Shown: positions 61,337-64,000 of the stretch, in pieces
Numbering within the stretch: position 1 is the stretch's first letter
Layout: each line of letters starts with the position of its first letter
Assembly (NCBI GenBank): GCA_004431415.1
Contig: QPMI01000133.1
Coordinates: 257,848-321,847, forward strand
Source: Cyanophora paradoxa CCMP329
Lineage: Eukaryota > Plantae > Glaucophyta
Length of the DNA: 64,000 nucleotides
Direction of reading: 5' to 3'
Position numbers and translations under genes: made by a program
The notes under the pieces: generated by a model
Databases searched by the model: none
What the model was told of the DNA's origin: nothing
The model's input: the letters and a program-made list of their open reading frames with translations, nothing else

Positions 61337-63244
61337 TTAGAGGGCGGCGAAAGGGCCGCTGTACCCCACGGGCTGCTGTGGGGGCGGCTGCATCCACGGC
61401 TGCTGGGGCGGCCCGCCCGACGTCGGCGCGCCGTACCCCGGCGTCGAGTACGCCTGCCCTCCGTAGCCGCTGTACCCCCCGTACGCGTCGGGCTCCCCCG
61501 CGGGCCCGCTGTACTGCGGCATGGCGCCGTAGTTGGGCGGCGAGGGCTGCCGGTTGCTCAGCGCCCCCTGCTGGACCCCATTTCCGCCGATCCTGCCCGG
61601 CGCGGCGTGAGGGGGGTACGGAGCTTCCGACTGACAGGGGGGTACGCCGCACTCGTAGAAGACATTGACGGCGAGGCCGTGCTCGGCGCTGGGCCGGTTT
61701 GCGACGGCGTAGGACGGGGCGGGCGCTGCCGCCTTGTCGGGGGCGACCCCGGGCCGGATCCTGCGCGCCAGGGGCGTCCCGCTCAACAGGGGGTACGTGG
61801 GAAGAGGCGGGAGGGGGGTACCGGTCGCCGAGGTGCTCGTCGTCGATCGCGGACGCGTCGTGGACGGCCCAGTCGCGGCTGCTGGGGTCGGGGCCGGGGC
61901 CGGGTCCCGGGATGACGGCCGGGCCCTGCACGAAGCCGGGCGGGGGCGGCCCGCCGCTCCGCGGGATGACCTCATCGGGGTCCTCGTTGTTGATCAGGAG
62001 GAAGGTGCGCTGGATCAAATCGCGCGCCCAGACCGACGGCTTCACGCGCTGCGCCTGCGGCGGCTGGCTGGAGGTCTGCACCGCAACGCCGAGGCGAAGC
62101 CTGCGGCCAAGGGGGTCAGAGAGGCGCGAAGGGGGTACAGGGAGATGAGCCGCGCACGTGTACAGGTGGTGCCCGCGCCGGTCCACGAGGCGGAGGTTGC
62201 GGTACCCGGGGCGCAGGCAGGGGAAGGGGAAGACCTGCGGCGGGGCCCGCGATCTCAGGCGGGGCGGCCCTGGAGCGAACGAAGGAACGAAAGGGGGGTA
62301 CAGCAGCGGCGCACCACGCCGGCGATGAAGTCGTCGCTCGTCCCCACGTCCTTGCTGCGAAGAACGAAGCGAGGGGCGGGGCTCGCAAACGAGAAGGGAT
62401 GGATCTCGAGGGGGGTACGGGGACGCGCGCACTCGTAGATTGCGATGCGGACGAGGCACAGGTCGGCGCACTTGACGGAGAAGACGAAGGGCCGGCCCCA
62501 GACGGGCGCCTGCTTGTTCTTCGCCACGGGCGTCTGCGCCTGCTTCGTGTCCTCTTGCGCGCCGAAGATCTGCGGGGGAGGGGGTACGCGTTAGTTCCTT
62601 GGTTCGGGGGTCCTGGGGGAGGAGGAGGCGAGGGGGATACCTGGATGCGGACGTAGAGGTCGTCGCTCTCGAACACGTCGGGCTTCTCGATCATCGTCGC
62701 GCTCTGGGGGTACGAACACGGGGCGTGGGCGGGGGCGGGGATACGGAACGAGCCGCGCCTAAGACCCGACCTCTCACCTGGATCATGAAGTGGACCGTAG
62801 CGGCGGTGCTGAGGGCGGCGCGCGGTCAGTGCCGTCGTAGACTTCTTCGTCGGAGCGGAGGAGAGGTCCGGGCCGGATGGCCGGCGGGCCGGGAGGCCGG
62901 GAGGCGGGCCGGGCGCACCTCGGGTCGGCGGCGGGCTTGGCGCCGCCCTTGGAGAGGTACGCGTCCCGCTGGTACCGCGGCTTGAGGACGTAGCTGCGGC
63001 CGTAGATGAAGAATAAGCCTCGCCAAGAGAAGAAGAAGGAGAGCGAGAGCTGGGGCGAAGCTGAGCTGCGCACCCGCAGCCGCCGTTCATCATGAACTTG
63101 CCCTGGTTCAGCTCCAAGGCCAGGCAGGCCGTCTGCCAGTTCAGCGCGGCGAGCTGGAAGCCGGCTGCCCAGGACGTGTCCGGCTTGTCTGCCGGCCGCC
63201 TTAGAAGGAGGAGGAGGAGGAGGAGGGAAGGTCTAGTAGCGCGA

Positions 63245-63275
<31 letters not shown>

Positions 63276-64000
63276 GGGCGGGAGGGGCGCACAGTTGCCG
63301 GACATGACGTTGCCGCCGGGGGGGTACGCGCGGCAAACCTGCTTCCTGCGCGCAGGGCGGTCGGCGGGGCGGCTACGGGGCAATCGCGGGGGTCGGGGGG
63401 TACCTGCTGAACGCGATGAAACCGTGGATGCCCATCGCGCCGAGCTTCGCCCCGCAGCATCTGCGGCGGGGCTCGGGATCGGAAGGGGTACGCGAGGGAA
63501 CCGCGAACGAAACGCGTACCCCTTCTTCCGTTCCGAGGTCACCTTCTTGATCTCGTTGGACGAGAGCGACACCGACTCGCGGGGCTGCGGCGCGCGATCG
63601 GCCGCCGCCTTCGGGGGGTACGCAAAAAGCGCGGACCTGGAAGCTCGACCAGTCGGGCTCGTACGGCCGGTTGCAGAAGAACACGACGGCGGAGAGGGCT
63701 GGGTCCGTCTTGTCGTTGATGCGCATGCGCACGAGGCATTTCCGGCGCAGCTGCACCGGGCTCGGCACCTGCGCGCGCGCGCGGAGCGGGCCGCTCGGAT
63801 CCGTACCCCCACTCCAGCGCTCGTGCTGGGAGGGGTACGCACGGCCTTCCAGGAGGGATCCCAGCGGCCCAGGTTCTCCCCGAGCTCCTCGATGAGGACT
63901 CTCGCCATCGATTGCTGCTGGGGGACGCTGCAGTGGTTCTCGATCTGGGCGCGGTCTGAGCACGTGCGAGCGGAAGCGGCGGGGATGGGGTCAGGGAGGG
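61337..64000 (-). CDS. PLC: Phosphoinositide-specific phospholipase C (end of X box, Y box, C2, Pro/Gly/Tyr-rich tail); 5' part outside the window
   Basis: PSPVQLRRK; RAYPPGGNVMSGN; WAAGFQLAALNWQT...LNQGKFMMNGGCG-YVLKP; C2 DLYVRIQIFG...PVWGRPFVFSV..DLCLVRIAIYE...DDFIAG...LRPGYRNLRL. Confidence 0.93.

Overview
Eukaryotic, GC-rich, intron-dense genomic DNA: short GT-AG introns, typically GTGCGC...CGCAG. The style and gene set resemble an archaeplastid alga such as the glaucophyte Cyanophora; this is inference, not verified. Left to right: (1) a TLC/NTT-family ATP/ADP translocase gene (+); (2) a transposon-rich interval with a CACTA-type non-autonomous element and a hairpin-ended element flanked by a 13-bp direct repeat; (3) a ~35-kb minus-strand gene for an estimated ~10,000-aa single-pass surface protein. 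Its predicted order is signal peptide, 3 x [propeller-like module + 8-Cys repeats], ~54 FN3-like repeats (48 near-identical), filamin/Ig repeats, REJ/PKD1-like region, degenerate GAIN/GPS, SEA-like module, TM and a short tail; (4) a nest of MITEs (two TA-flanked, one hAT) upstream of that gene; (5) a multi-TM protein resembling a cyclase-less adenylyl-cyclase membrane anchor, an unknown gene between poly-G tracts, a head-to-head pair of a UBOX5-like U-box E3 and a Josephin-UIM-UBX deubiquitinase, and the 3' part of a PI-phospholipase C. The giant gene and its upstream MITE nest lie between a perfect 25-bp inverted repeat 38.1 kb apart, which suggests a giant cargo-carrying DNA transposon. Gene models were spliced by eye, so boundaries are approximate. 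Single-base indels in homopolymers and repeats look like long-read consensus errors.
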